Positions 28,869 through 39,219 are shown, counted from the stretch's first letter. The stretch: 64,000 bases of DNA from an uncultured delta proteobacterium (GCA_963804955.1 CAWDSQ010000009.1:147-64146), one strand, 5' to 3'. The notes: generated from the sequence alone by a model not told the origin. Program-made: numbers and translations.

Positions 28869-31076
28869 CTACACTTCCGGCTTGAAGACCAGGCAGGAAA
28901 GCGGGGGCAGCGACAGGGTCAGGCTGCAGGTCCTGCCGTGACACGGCACGGGCTCTGCCTGCAGGCCGCCGCCATTGCCGAGATTGGTGCCGCCGAAAAA
29001 TTCGGCGTCGCTGTTGAGCACTTCCCGGTACCAGCAGGGCAGCGGCGCGCCCACGCGGTAGCCCGAGCGGGGCACGGGCGTGAAATTGCAGACAATGAGC
29101 AGAAAGTCTTCGGGGTTTTTCGCCTTGCGCATGAACACGACGATGCTTGACTCCCAGTCGCTGAAATCAATCCATTCAAAGCCGCCGTGGTCGAAATCAA
29201 GCTCATAGAGCGCAGGCTCGGTGCGGTAGAGGCGGTTGAGCTCGCGCACGAAAGCCTGAAGCTTTATATGCGGTTCATACTGCAGCAGGTGCCACTCGAC
29301 GCTTGAGTTGTGGTCCCATTCAGCCCACTGCCCGATATCCGCGCCCATGAACAGATGCTTCTTGCCGGGATGGGCGAACATATACCCCAGCAGCAGGCGC
29401 AGGTTGGCAAACTGCTGCCACCGGTCGCCGGGCATTTTGCCGATAAGGGCGCCCTTGCCGTGCACGACTTCATCGTGGGACAGGGGCAGAACGAAATTTT
29501 CGTGAAACGTGTAGAGCAGGGCAAACGTGAGCATATTGTGATTATGCTTGCGGTAGACAGGGTCTTTCGAAATATAGGCCAGCATGTCATGCATCCACCC
29601 CATATTCCACTTGAGCGCAAAACCCAGGCCGCCGAGATAGGTGGGCCGAGAAACAGCAGGCCAGGCTGTTGATTCTTCGGCGATTGTCAGCACGCCCGGA
29701 TAGCGGCTGTAGACGATTTCGTTCAGGCGCTGCAGGAAGTGCACGGCGTCGATATTTTCCCGGCCGCCGTAGCGGTTGGGGATCCAGTCTCCCGGCTCGC
29801 GCGAATAGTCAAGATAGAGCATGGAGGCCACGGCATCCACGCGCAGGCCGTCGATATGATATTTTTCAAGCCAGAACAAGGCATTTGCCGTCAGGAAATT
29901 GCGCACCTCGTTGCGGCCGTAGTTGAAAATAAGGGTGTTCCAGTCGGGATGAAAGCCCTGCCGGGGGTCTGCATGCTCGTACAGGGCCGTGCCGTCAAAA
30001 CAGGCAAGGGCATGGCTGTCGGTGGGGAAGTGGGCAGGCACCCAGTCAAGCAGCACGCCGATACCGCTGCGGTGGCAGCAGTCGATAAGGTACATGAGGT
30101 CTTCGGGCGAGCCGAAGCGCGGCGTAGGGCTGTAATAGCCCGTTACCTGATAGCCCCATGAAGGATCATAGGGGTGCGCGGCAAGGGGCATGAACTGGAT
30201 ATGTGTGTAGCCCATGTCCAATACATAATCGATGAGCAGGCCGGCCGCTTCACGGTAGGTCAGCGAGCGGTTCTCCTCTTCGGGAACGCGGCGCCATGAG
30301 CCCAGGTGCACTTCATAAATAGAGATGGGCTTGCCGAGCTGGTCCTGAGCGTCGCGCTGCCGCATCCAGTCGCCGTCTGTCCAGTCATAGGCGTCAAGGC
30401 AGTATGCCACCGAGGCGGTTTTGGGGCGCAGCTCGCTGAAAAATCCGTACGGATCGGCCTTGGTGATGATGGAGCCGTTGGCAGAGCGCAGCTCATATTT
30501 ATATAAGCCGCCTTCCGGAAAAGCCGGAATAAACAGCTCCCACACGCCCGACATGCCGCGCACGCGCATGGGATGCCGCCTGCCGTCCCAGCAGTTGAAA
30601 TCGCCGACAATGCTCACGCGCACGGCATTGGGCGCCCAGACGGCAAAGCAGAACCCCTCGGCGCCGCCATGCATGATTTTGTGCGCGCCGAGGCGCTCGT
30701 AAATGCCCAGATGATTGCCCTCGTTGAACAGGTGCAGGTCAAAGTCAGACAGCACGGGCATGAAGCTGTAGGGATCGCGGATAGTAACCGGCGGGCAGCC
30801 GTCATAGTGGAGCTCCAGCATATAATCGAAAAATTTCGCTGAGCCCTGAAACACCGCTTCAAAAAAACCTTCTTTGTGCACGCGAGTCATCTGCGCGGCC
30901 GGGCCTGCCTGCAGCGGCACCACGCGAACAGCCTGCGCCCCCGGCTGAAATGTGCGCACCGCAAGCGCCGCAGCGCCGCCACTGGTCACTTCATGCATGC
31001 CCAGCACGGCAAACGGATCATGATGCTCGGCAGCGATTATTTTTTTTATCTGGTAGAGTGAAATGGTTGCTTTCAT
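28869..31076 (-). CDS. glgB: 1,4-alpha-glucan branching enzyme
   Basis: 735 aa with GH13 catalytic motifs (DWVPAHF, GLRVDAVASM, AEESTAWP, SHDEVVHGK) and an N-terminal CBM48-like part. Confidence 0.92.
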   Translation of the reverse strand: MKATISLYQIKKIIAAEHHDPFAVLGMHEVTSGGAAALAVRTFQPGAQAVRVVPLQAGPAAQMTRVHKEGFFEAVFQGSAKFFDYMLELHYDGCPPVTIRDPYSFMPVLSDFDLHLFNEGNHLGIYERLGAHKIMHGGAEGFCFAVWAPNAVRVSIVGDFNCWDGRRHPMRVRGMSGVWELFIPAFPEGGLYKYELRSANGSIITKADPYGFFSELRPKTASVAYCLDAYDWTDGDWMRQRDAQDQLGKPISIYEVHLGSWRRVPEEENRSLTYREAAGLLIDYVLDMGYTHIQFMPLAAHPYDPSWGYQVTGYYSPTPRFGSPEDLMYLIDCCHRSGIGVLLDWVPAHFPTDSHALACFDGTALYEHADPRQGFHPDWNTLIFNYGRNEVRNFLTANALFWLEKYHIDGLRVDAVASMLYLDYSREPGDWIPNRYGGRENIDAVHFLQRLNEIVYSRYPGVLTIAEESTAWPAVSRPTYLGGLGFALKWNMGWMHDMLAYISKDPVYRKHNHNMLTFALLYTFHENFVLPLSHDEVVHGKGALIGKMPGDRWQQFANLRLLLGYMFAHPGKKHLFMGADIGQWAEWDHNSSVEWHLLQYEPHIKLQAFVRELNRLYRTEPALYELDFDHGGFEWIDFSDWESSIVVFMRKAKNPEDFLLIVCNFTPVPRSGYRVGAPLPCWYREVLNSDAEFFGGTNLGNGGGLQAEPVPCHGRTCSLTLSLPPLSCLVFKPEV

Positions 31077-31198
31077 AGGCTCTCAGTACGGATTGAATAA
31101 AACGTTCATTATATATAGCATGCAGGCGGCACAGAAGGCTGGCCAGGATTCAAGTATCTGCTGCATTCCGGGACAGAGCAGTCACAGGCGCTATGGCT

Positions 31199-31606
31199 TT
31201 AACCTGCTGTTTGACTGGCGCCGCACAGGTCGTCGAGGGCCTGCAGAATATCTACAATGGTAAATGGCTTTTTGATAAAGCAGTCGATGCCCTTTGCCGC
31301 GAGTTCTGCCGTATCAAGCCCCACATCCCATCCGGTGAGCAGCATGACGGGAACGGAGGGTTTGATCTTTTTCATCCGGCCGGCCATTTCAAGGCCGGAT
31401 ATGCCCGGCATGTTCAGATCCGTTAACACGATGTCGACGGGTTGCCTCTGAAAGCAGTCAAGGCCGGTTATCCCGTCCAGTGCTGTCATAACCGTATGCC
31501 CTTCGCCCGCGAGAACTTCCTCAAGCATGTCCAGAACGTCTTGTTCGTCTTCAACAATGAGGATGCGCAGGCTGCGCTGGTCTGTATCTGCGGCCGTACA
31601 CGGCAT
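31199..31606 (-). CDS. Single-domain response regulator (CheY-like receiver)
   Basis: 135 aa. Motifs ILIVEDE, phospho-acceptor context VLTDLNMPG, and KKPF. Confidence 0.8.
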   Translation of the reverse strand: MPCTAADTDQRSLRILIVEDEQDVLDMLEEVLAGEGHTVMTALDGITGLDCFQRQPVDIVLTDLNMPGISGLEMAGRMKKIKPSVPVMLLTGWDVGLDTAELAAKGIDCFIKKPFTIVDILQALDDLCGASQTAG

Positions 31607-31758
31607 ATGCTTTTCCCCCGGGGACTATTGTCGACTGTTTCAACAGATACTATACCAAAGGCCCGCTGCGTCGTCCAGAGAAATAGGGTCCGGTTTTCGT
31701 TGACACCGGATGACCCGCTCATTTATACTTCCCGCCTCACATATCCGACGGTACAGCT

Positions 31759-32400
31759 ATGCAGGAGACACACCCCGACAGCATGCTTCCCACGCACCGC
31801 ATAACGGTTGCTGTAGCCGACATGCGCTTCGAGCTCGAGGTGGTGTGCGACCTTGATCCTCTTCTTGACTTTTATGTTGAGCGGCACAGCGACGATGCGG
31901 ACATGATTCCCTACTATGCCGAGCTGTGGCAGTCGGGCGTGGCGCTGGCAAAATATCTTGCCCTGCCCGGGCAGGAAGTGCGCGGCATCCGGGCCCTTGA
32001 GCTCGGCTGCGGCCTGGGCCTGCCGTCGCTTGTTGCCGCGCGCAGGGGCGCCTCGGTGACCGCCACCGACTATCATCCGCACAATGAGCCCTATCTGCGG
32101 CGCAATCTGGATCTTAACGGCATTACGGGGGTCGCCTACCGGGTTCTCGACTGGGCGGCCCCGCCGCCGAATGAAGACTACGGCCTTGTTTTTGGAAGCG
32201 ATCTGCTGTATGAAGAGCGCAAGGTTGAGGTGCTGGTGGCCTGCGCAGCGGCCTTGTGCGCACCCGGGGGCCGTATCATCATCGCCGACCCCGGCCGCCG
32301 GCATCTGCAGACGGCCCTCACCGCTTTTCGCGGCCGCGGCTTCCGCGAGATCATTGAAATAATCGATGACATGTTTATCATCGACATGAAACGATGTTGA
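31759..32400 (+). CDS. Class I SAM-dependent methyltransferase (Methyltransf_16 / protein-lysine methyltransferase-like)
   Basis: 213 aa. ELWQSGVALAKYL followed by the SAM motif I LELGCGLGLPS and ATDY. Confidence 0.65.
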   Translation: MQETHPDSMLPTHRITVAVADMRFELEVVCDLDPLLDFYVERHSDDADMIPYYAELWQSGVALAKYLALPGQEVRGIRALELGCGLGLPSLVAARRGASVTATDYHPHNEPYLRRNLDLNGITGVAYRVLDWAAPPPNEDYGLVFGSDLLYEERKVEVLVACAAALCAPGGRIIIADPGRRHLQTALTAFRGRGFREIIEIIDDMFIIDMKRC

Positions 32401-32511
32401 AGCGGCGGTCAATTTTATTATTGACCTGCCTTTTGCAGCATGCCATGCTTTAAACATACAAGGGGGCAACAACGAAAAACCAGGGATCGAGCATAAAGGG
32501 AGAGAGCGTAT

Positions 32512-32925
32512 ATGGAGAAAAAGCTTATACAGTGGTCGGATGCTCTCGGTGCCGGCATTGTCTGGATGGACTATCAGCATCAGATGCTTATAGAAAAAAT
32601 AAATTTTCTCTATACCGCCATTCTTGAAAAAAAAGGTGAAGATCGTATAGCAGAAACTCTAGCTTTTCTGGATGATTATATTGCAAACCACTTCGCCCTT
32701 GAAGAAAAATATATGGAAACCTACAGCTACCCCGAACGCTATGAGCATGTGGAGGCCCATGACCAGTTTCGCAAAAACATTCAGGATTTAAAAACCCTCA
32801 CGACTGCTAAAGGCGAGCTGGTGGCCGAATCGCTGTGCTATGACCTGTTTGAGTGGTTTAAAAACCATATTACAAACACGGATAAAAAATTCGGCATTTT
32901 TTTAAAAGCTCAATCGGCACTGTAG
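32512..32925 (+). CDS. Bacteriohemerythrin
   Basis: 137 aa. IQWSD...GIVWMDYQHQ..., HF..EE, H..H..F and WFKNHI..TDKK di-iron ligand pattern. Confidence 0.8.
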   Translation: MEKKLIQWSDALGAGIVWMDYQHQMLIEKINFLYTAILEKKGEDRIAETLAFLDDYIANHFALEEKYMETYSYPERYEHVEAHDQFRKNIQDLKTLTTAKGELVAESLCYDLFEWFKNHITNTDKKFGIFLKAQSAL

Positions 32926-32940
32926 GAAACAAACAGCAAC

Positions 32941-32971
32941 AAGACCTGCCCGACAAAGTCCGGCAGGTCTT
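32941..32971 (+). terminator. Intrinsic terminator after the hemerythrin gene
   Basis: AAGACCTGCC ... GGCAGGTCTT 10-bp stem followed by the T-rich TTTCTTT. Confidence 0.5.
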
Positions 32972-33039
32972 TTCTTTATGTCATATCCTCCGCCGGGCTG
33001 CAATCTGCTATACTCATACATACGAGAGGGGGAGATTCT

Positions 33040-33450
33040 ATGCCGCAGAAAGATATCCGCATGCTTATCCAGGCCTTCGTGCTGCTCTCCGTGGGCGGCA
33101 TGATGCTGCATATCCGCATCCACCCGCCTGCCGCGAGCCTTTTCAACTGGATACCCGCGGCATTCGGGGCTGTCAATATCCTGCTCCTGCCGCTGCTTTT
33201 TCGCCGTGCCGACACCGCCCCTCTTGCCTTCATGCTCTGCTGCATCACCGTTGTCGCCGGCACAATCGGCATGGCCTATTATTCCATTGTCGAATGGAAG
33301 GAGCCGGTGACCCTCTATACGGTACTGTTCAAATCGACCCTTGCCGATATCGTTATCCTGGCTGCGAAAGTTCCGCTGGGGTATGTTCTGCTCAGGCAGG
33401 TACGGGGCACGGCGCCTGCCGCAGCCGCCGGGAGGTGCTGCGATGAATAA
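33040..33450 (+). CDS. Small 4-TM membrane protein of unknown function, translationally coupled to the ferric-reductase-like gene
   Basis: 136 aa with four hydrophobic segments. Its stop overlaps the next start (ATGA at 33443-33446). Confidence 0.45.
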   Translation: MPQKDIRMLIQAFVLLSVGGMMLHIRIHPPAASLFNWIPAAFGAVNILLLPLLFRRADTAPLAFMLCCITVVAGTIGMAYYSIVEWKEPVTLYTVLFKSTLADIVILAAKVPLGYVLLRQVRGTAPAAAAGRCCDE

Positions 33451-34823
33451 AGCCCGGGAACAAGCCTATGTCGCGGCCGGCGCTTTCCCGACAGGCCTGC
33501 GCCGCGCACTGGGTGGTATTGTCATCATTATTGCGGCCATGTCCGTATGCGCGGCAGTCATGATTCCGCTGTCCGGCCAGGAGCATGAAGCAGCTGCCGC
33601 CGGAGCCGAAGCAGCCGAGACAGCGGGCAAAATGTGCGCCATTGCCGCAGCCGCCCTTGTGCTGCTGCAGTTTACCCTGAGCAGCAGGCTGAAATTTCTG
33701 GATCACCTGTTCGGCCTGAACCGGCTGCTGAACGCTCACCGCCTGCTGGGCTGCGCCATCGTCGTGCTGGCCACCCTGCATCCCCTGCTTGTCTTTGGTC
33801 CGGCAAAGGAGGAAATCGGCCCCCTGCGGCTTGCCCTGTGGCCGGTGCTGTTCGGCATTCTGCTGCTGTGCGGCCTGTGGGCTGCGGCCTGCCTGTCTCT
33901 CTGGCGCGCTTTTCTCGGGCTGCCTTTTGAGCGCTGGTGGCTGCTGCACCGCTTTGGGGTCTGCGCGGGGGTGGCTGCTGCTCTCGGTCCATGCCCTGAA
34001 TGTGGAAGGTGATTTTGAAGAAGGCATGCCGCGCACCGCCCTGCTGGGAGCGCTTGCCGCCTACGGCCTGCTGTTTGCCTGGGTAAAGGCCGTAAAGCCC
34101 TGGCTGCTGCAGCGCAAACCATATGCGGTCGCCGCAGTGTCGCGCATCGGCCACAACGTACATGCTGTTGAGCTTGTGCCGGCTCGCGGGCAGATATTTC
34201 CCTACCAGCCCGGCCAGTTTTCTTTTGTCAGCTTTCGCTCGGGGAGCCTTCCGGCCGAGGAGCACCACTTTACGCTCTCATCCACCCCAACACGGCCCGG
34301 CAGCATCATCTTCACTATACAATGCAGCGGTGACTTCACCTCCCGGCTCGGCAGGCTGCGGCCGGGCGATATGGCCATCCTTGACGGCCCCTATGGCCTG
34401 TTCAGCCATTGCACCTTCACCGATCCCCCCGGCAGTGAAATCATCATGATTGCAGGCGGCATCGGCATTACACCCATGCTCAGCATGCTGCGCTATATGG
34501 CTGATGTCGAATACCGGCGCACCGTGAAGCTCATCTGGAGCAATAAGACAGGCCTGGATGTATTCTGCGGGCAGGAGCTCGATGCCATGCGGCATAAAAT
34601 GGATGGCCTCACCGTGCATCATGTGCTCACCGGCCAGCCTGACTATGCAGGGCTGAAAGGCAGACTCGATGCTGCCATGCTCGGCAGAATCCTTCAAGGC
34701 TGCAGCCGAAGCTCCCGGATATTTCTCTGCGGGCCTCCGGCCATGATGAGTTCGGTTTCAAAAAATTTAAAGCAGCTCGGCTTCAAGGCCGGCCGCATCT
34801 CCACCGAGCGGTTTTCTCTGTAA
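33443..34823 (+). pseudogene. NOX/ferric-reductase-like transmembrane bis-haem + FAD/NAD(P)-binding oxidoreductase; one frameshift as sequenced
   Basis: SD GGGAGGTG then ATG 33443. His pairs AHRLLGCAIVVLATLHP and HRFG...LLLSVHAL. FAD motif HHFTLSS and NAD motif GGIGITP. The frames join at the G5 run 33967-33971. Confidence 0.75.
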
Positions 34824-34924
34824 GCCTGGAGGGTGTCGTGCTGCGCCCTATTTTTATCTGGCAGGCGGCCCATAATCTGCTATATTCCAATCGTTCGAGC
34901 CGATAAACCACGCAGGAGCAGCAC

Positions 34925-36112
34925 ATGAACCTTGTTTATTTCGACTGTTTTGCCGGCATCAGCGGCGATATGACCCTCGGGGCGCTCATTGATCTTGGCG
35001 TGCCGCAGAAGTATCTTGTACAGGAACTTGCAAAACTGGACGTGCCCGGCTACAGCCTGCGCGCGGGCCGCGTGCAGCGCTCGGGCATTACGGCCAGGCA
35101 GGTGCAGGTGAAAATCAGCCATCATGAGCATCATCACCGCACATTTAAGGACATCGAAACAATTATCGGCAAAAGCCCGCTGAAAGCTTCTGTTAAAGAG
35201 CGCAGCCTGGCCGTATTCCGGCTCATTGCAGAAGCCGAGGGCACGGTTCATAATAAAAAGGCCGAGGCTGTCCACTTTCATGAGGTGGGGGCTATTGACT
35301 CCATTGTGGACATCGCCGGCTGCATGATCGGTTTTGATTATCTGGGCATTGAGCGCTTTGCAGCCTCTGCCGTGCCAACAGGCGGGGGCTTTGTAAAGTG
35401 CCAGCACGGCGTCCTTCCGGTTCCTGCTCCCGCTACGGTTCTGCTCTTGAAAGGCATACCCGTTTATGATAACGGCATCAAGGCAGAGCTTGTCACGCCC
35501 ACGGGTGCTGCCATCCTTGCTGCCCTGTGCGAGAGCTTCGGCGCCATACCTCCTATGACCATTCAAAAAACGGGCTATGGCGCAGGCTCCCGCGAACTTA
35601 CTGAAATGCCCAATCTGCTGCGCCTCATTGGGGGCACAGCGCTTCAGCCGGGCCGCACTGATACGGTCGTCGTTGTTGAGGCAACCATAGATGACATGAG
35701 CCCTGAGCTTGCAGGCTATGCCATGGAGCGCCTGTTCGAGGCAGGCGCGCTTGATGTAGCGTTCACGCCGGTCTATATGAAAAAAAACAGGCCCGCCATG
35801 CTCATGACGGTGATCTGCACCGAGGCTCAGCAGGCTCTGCTCACGGCGATGTTTTTCGCGGAGACCACGACGGCAGGCGTACGTTCATACCGAGCCGAGC
35901 GCTCGATACTGCAGCGGCGCGAAGGGCAGGTAGACACAAGGTTCGGCAAACTCAAGGTAAAGCTGCTTGAAGACGGCAGCGGCGCCATGCGGCCGGTGCC
36001 CGAATACGAAGAATGCCGCCGTATTGCCAAAGCCAAAAAGGTGCCGCTACGTGAGGTATATGCGGCGGTTGCTGCAAGCGGCGCTCTGGAAAATGTCAAC
36101 AAACGCAGATAA
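34925..36112 (+). CDS. larC: Nickel-pincer cofactor biosynthesis protein LarC (nickel insertion)
   Basis: 395 aa. The N-terminus YFDCFAGISGDM and the His-rich HHEHHHR are typical of LarC/UPF0272. Confidence 0.85.
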   Translation: MNLVYFDCFAGISGDMTLGALIDLGVPQKYLVQELAKLDVPGYSLRAGRVQRSGITARQVQVKISHHEHHHRTFKDIETIIGKSPLKASVKERSLAVFRLIAEAEGTVHNKKAEAVHFHEVGAIDSIVDIAGCMIGFDYLGIERFAASAVPTGGGFVKCQHGVLPVPAPATVLLLKGIPVYDNGIKAELVTPTGAAILAALCESFGAIPPMTIQKTGYGAGSRELTEMPNLLRLIGGTALQPGRTDTVVVVEATIDDMSPELAGYAMERLFEAGALDVAFTPVYMKKNRPAMLMTVICTEAQQALLTAMFFAETTTAGVRSYRAERSILQRREGQVDTRFGKLKVKLLEDGSGAMRPVPEYEECRRIAKAKKVPLREVYAAVAASGALENVNKRR

Positions 36113-36121
36113 AAATCCCGG

Positions 36122-36197
36122 GTTGGGCAAAGTGTCGTGCCCAACAATCAGTATGTGCTGATCGAATTAAGGCTGGGCACGCTACGCTTTGCCCGGC
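36122..36197. repeat. Two related hairpins sharing a TGGGCA/TGCCC core in the larC downstream spacer
   Basis: GTTGGGCA-N8-TGCCCAAC (36122-36145) and GCTGGGCA-N10-TGCCCGGC (36172-36197). The first may act as the larC terminator stem. Confidence 0.4.
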
Positions 36198-36226
36198 TAC
36201 GAAAATACATCCGCGGCAGACCGGCA

Positions 36227-36776
36227 ATGAGAAAACTAAAAATAATCGTCAACGATCTCATGCAGAAGACGTATATATATTATCTTACCGAGCCAGTCGG
36301 GGAAAACTTCCATCCGGAATTCAAGCCGGACATACCGCCAAAAGACATGCTCGCGATGGGCGTTTTCGGCGGCAGATATATGACTGACTGCCGTAGAGGA
36401 ATTTCCCCGTGACTGGTTCGTTCATGCAAAGCTCTGCCATGAACGGCATGATCCCGGATTGAATTACTTTGGCGTTAATGCATCACAGCCATTGTCCGAG
36501 TGGCGAAAAAAGGGCTGGATATTTTATGACGACCCGCGGGGCTGGTTTCAATGGTATTGCCGGTATTACATGGGCAGAAGATGTGCCGATGATGAGCGCC
36601 AGATAAAAAGATGGAAAGGAATGCAACGGCATAGTGCTCAAATCAGAAAACACTGCAGGGAGGGTGATCTGCGCTGCCGCAGAGTGCAGCGGCAGGCATT
36701 ATTAAACTGGGCTTATGACAGCACGAAAATTGTAACCTCCGACAAAAGGCATGAGGCTGAAAGTTACCGCCGCTGA
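36227..36776 (+). pseudogene. Conserved hypothetical protein (motifs NYFGV.ASQPL, DPRGWFQWYCRYYMGRR); one frameshift as sequenced
   Basis: The 91-aa ORF fragment (...GGRYMTDCRR) joins EFPRDWFVHAKL... of the next frame if one G near 36398 is removed. I do not recognise the family by name. Confidence 0.45.
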
Positions 36777-36802
36777 AATACAGCAGCAGGAAAGGCCCTT
36801 CA

Positions 36803-37254
36803 ATGAAAAAAAATATACTCATCGCGGCACTGGTCGTGCTCAACATAGCTTCAGCGGCATGGTATTTTAAAAACCGGCCGGTGGAAACCCGCCGGTGGAA
36901 AACGTGAATGAGTTGAAAGCGTATTATTATTTCCCAGCCGTTACCCTGGCAGAAAACGAGCGAATTATCGCTGCTGACATGCAGTTTGAAACAGCCATTG
37001 TAAAATCAATACGCACTATCCCGCCGGGATGGTATTTCAGTATCAATGTTGATACGCCGCCAAGCCCTGTTGTTTCGGGTTCGATAATGGTGGGTGCGGC
37101 TGCAGTCGGATCGGCAGCGGAATTACCGTTTTTTGAGCTTGAAGGCTATGGCACAGGCGCACAGGCCGCGCCGCTGCGCGCTCACTATACTATTGCAAAG
37201 TATCCGGACGGGCTGGAAAAGGCGCGGAAAGTTACCGTCGAAATAAAAAAATAA
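36803..37254 (+). pseudogene. Membrane-anchored hypothetical protein interrupted by a 14-nt tandem duplication
   Basis: ATG 36803 encodes the anchor MKKNILIAALVVLNIASAAWYF. The direct repeat GCCGGTGGAAA occurs twice (36877-36887 and 36891-36901, period 14). Removing one unit fuses the anchor in-frame to the 119-aa ORF 36895..37254. Confidence 0.4.
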
Positions 37255-37331
37255 TGCACTGCATGCGAACCGGATGTAAAAACTGACGGCAGGCTCCATG
37301 CTGTGCCATTAAAAAACGCAGGAGGTGTCTT

Positions 37332-38045
37332 ATGGATGCTATTTTCGGATTTTTTACCGGCCTCGTCATTGCGGTTGCAGGCGCAGCCGGCTTTTGGATG
37401 TTACGGAAGAAATTAAAAAAAGGTGCGTCTCGCGTAGCCATTTATTCCACCATTGAGGAAATTCGGGCAGTCGGCGAACTTGTCGTTCTGCGCGTGCTGA
37501 ACAAAGAGATTGTGACCGCAACCGACCACTTGTTCGGCAAGCTCGGGGCCAAATATCTGAAATGGCTCCTGACCGAAAACAAGCTGGCCATGATTTTCGA
37601 GTTTAATATCAATTTCAAGTACGATCTCAACAGCCCCGACTTTGAAATTATCGATGAAGGCGGCCAGTGCTATACCTTCAAAATGGCGCCCTGCTATTAT
37701 GAAACCAATATCCTCAACCTGAAATTTTACGATGAAAAAGCAGGAGAGCTGATGCCCTGGCTGCTGCCGGGCATGGTGACAAGAATACTGGGCGCGACCT
37801 TCAGCGAACAGGAGAAAAATTACCTCATTGACGAGGCAAAACAGCAGGCCATGAATACCGGCAAGCTCCTTGCCGAGCGGATGGTCCCCGATATTCAAAA
37901 TGCGGCCAAAAGGACCCTGACCATGCTTGCCAAGGGTTTGGGCGCACGCGATGTGCAGTTTGATTTCGGCAGATCCGAGCTGGTGCAGACAAAACTGGAT
38001 TTTCTGGCCGAGCCCCAGCCGCAGCAGCCTGAAATGAATGCCTGA
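37332..38045 (+). CDS. DUF4230-like membrane-anchored protein
   Basis: 237 aa with an N-terminal TM helix followed by a soluble domain. The resemblance to DUF4230 is recalled from memory, not verified. Confidence 0.5.
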   Translation: MDAIFGFFTGLVIAVAGAAGFWMLRKKLKKGASRVAIYSTIEEIRAVGELVVLRVLNKEIVTATDHLFGKLGAKYLKWLLTENKLAMIFEFNINFKYDLNSPDFEIIDEGGQCYTFKMAPCYYETNILNLKFYDEKAGELMPWLLPGMVTRILGATFSEQEKNYLIDEAKQQAMNTGKLLAERMVPDIQNAAKRTLTMLAKGLGARDVQFDFGRSELVQTKLDFLAEPQPQQPEMNA

Positions 38046-38211
38046 TCCTGCAGCGCTGCACATCCGGAGGGAATTACACCCGCAACAGATTTTCCTCCTT
38101 GTGCTACACTGTACACATATGAAAAGAATCCAGCATCCGGGCTGGCTGTGCCGGATATGCGGCAGCGGGAAATTATAAACAGGGTAAAAAAACTTGCACA
38201 AGGAGGTATAT

Positions 38212-39034
38212 ATGCATCGGACAATAAGAACCTTTAATCTCATAGCTGTTTGTGCCGCAATGATTATTGCCCTTACGGCCCTGCCTGCTGCTGCTCAATT
38301 TGCAAAGTGGCCGGCAGGGGACGAAGCAGGAGGCGCCCTGGCTTTAAGGGCATATGGCTCAGGCGTCATCGTTCCTGCCATGCGTGAAGCTGCGATGGAG
38401 TTCGGCAGGCAAAGAGGTGTTATTGTCAACATTACAACCGGGCCCGTGCAGTCATGGAAGCAGCGGGCTATACGTGATGCAGACCTGATCTTCGCCGACT
38501 CCGAACAGATGATGAACAACTTTGTGCAGCGGGACCTGCCGGCGATTATCGACCCCATGAGCACCCGCACCCTGTCGCTGCACCCGTCGGCAATCGTAGT
38601 TCGTACCGGTAACCCAAAAGGCATTAAAGGAATCAAAGACCTTGGCAAACCTGGTATAAAGATTCTTGTGGTTGCGCCGCCCGAAGGCGGCGGCATGTGG
38701 GAAGAAGCGGCAAAGAGCGCAGGGGGAGATAAACTTGTTGAGTCGCTGCGAGCCAATATCGGCTTTTCCGCGACCGGCAACATGGAGGCCAAAGCTCTCT
38801 GGCTCAGCGAACCCGACTGCGATGCCTGGCTTGATCTGACACGCCGGGCAGACAAAGAGCCCTCAAGTCATTACTGCACAGGAAAATGCCGTATACCGCT
38901 CATGCGTCATTGCTGTTACGAATCGCTCAACACAAAGATTTCAGGCAGAGGAGTTTGCCGCTTTTATTGAATCCCCCGAGGGGCAGGCGATCTTTTTAAA
39001 ACGCAGCGGCTCGATGCAGAAAAAAACCCCCTAG
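38212..39034 (+). pseudogene. Periplasmic substrate-binding protein (molybdate/tungstate-type SBP fold); one frameshift as sequenced
   Basis: SD AGGAGG then ATG 38212, and a signal peptide ending AAAQ. The C-terminal family-typical ...AEEFAAFIESPEGQAIFLKRSG is only reached in another frame. The frames join between 38840 and 38866. Confidence 0.55.
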
Positions 39035-39147
39035 CCCGAAAACAGGCAGAAAAAAAACGGAGCGAGACTTGAAGCCTGCACAACCAGGCTGTGTGATGCT
39101 TCCCGTCTGCACAGCGGGGCATACCCTGCCCAATCCGGCCAATTGCC

Positions 39148-39176
39148 TTGACAGGCAACCCCCCCCATTCTATAGT
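39148..39176 (+). promoter_or_regulatory. Near-consensus sigma70 promoter
   Basis: TTGACA (39148-39153), a 17-nt spacer, then TATAGT (39171-39176). It lies about 45 nt upstream of ATG 39220. Confidence 0.5.
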
Positions 39177-39219
39177 TGATCAGTTGAAGACAAAGCATGA
39201 ACACGAAAAGGAGCCCACA

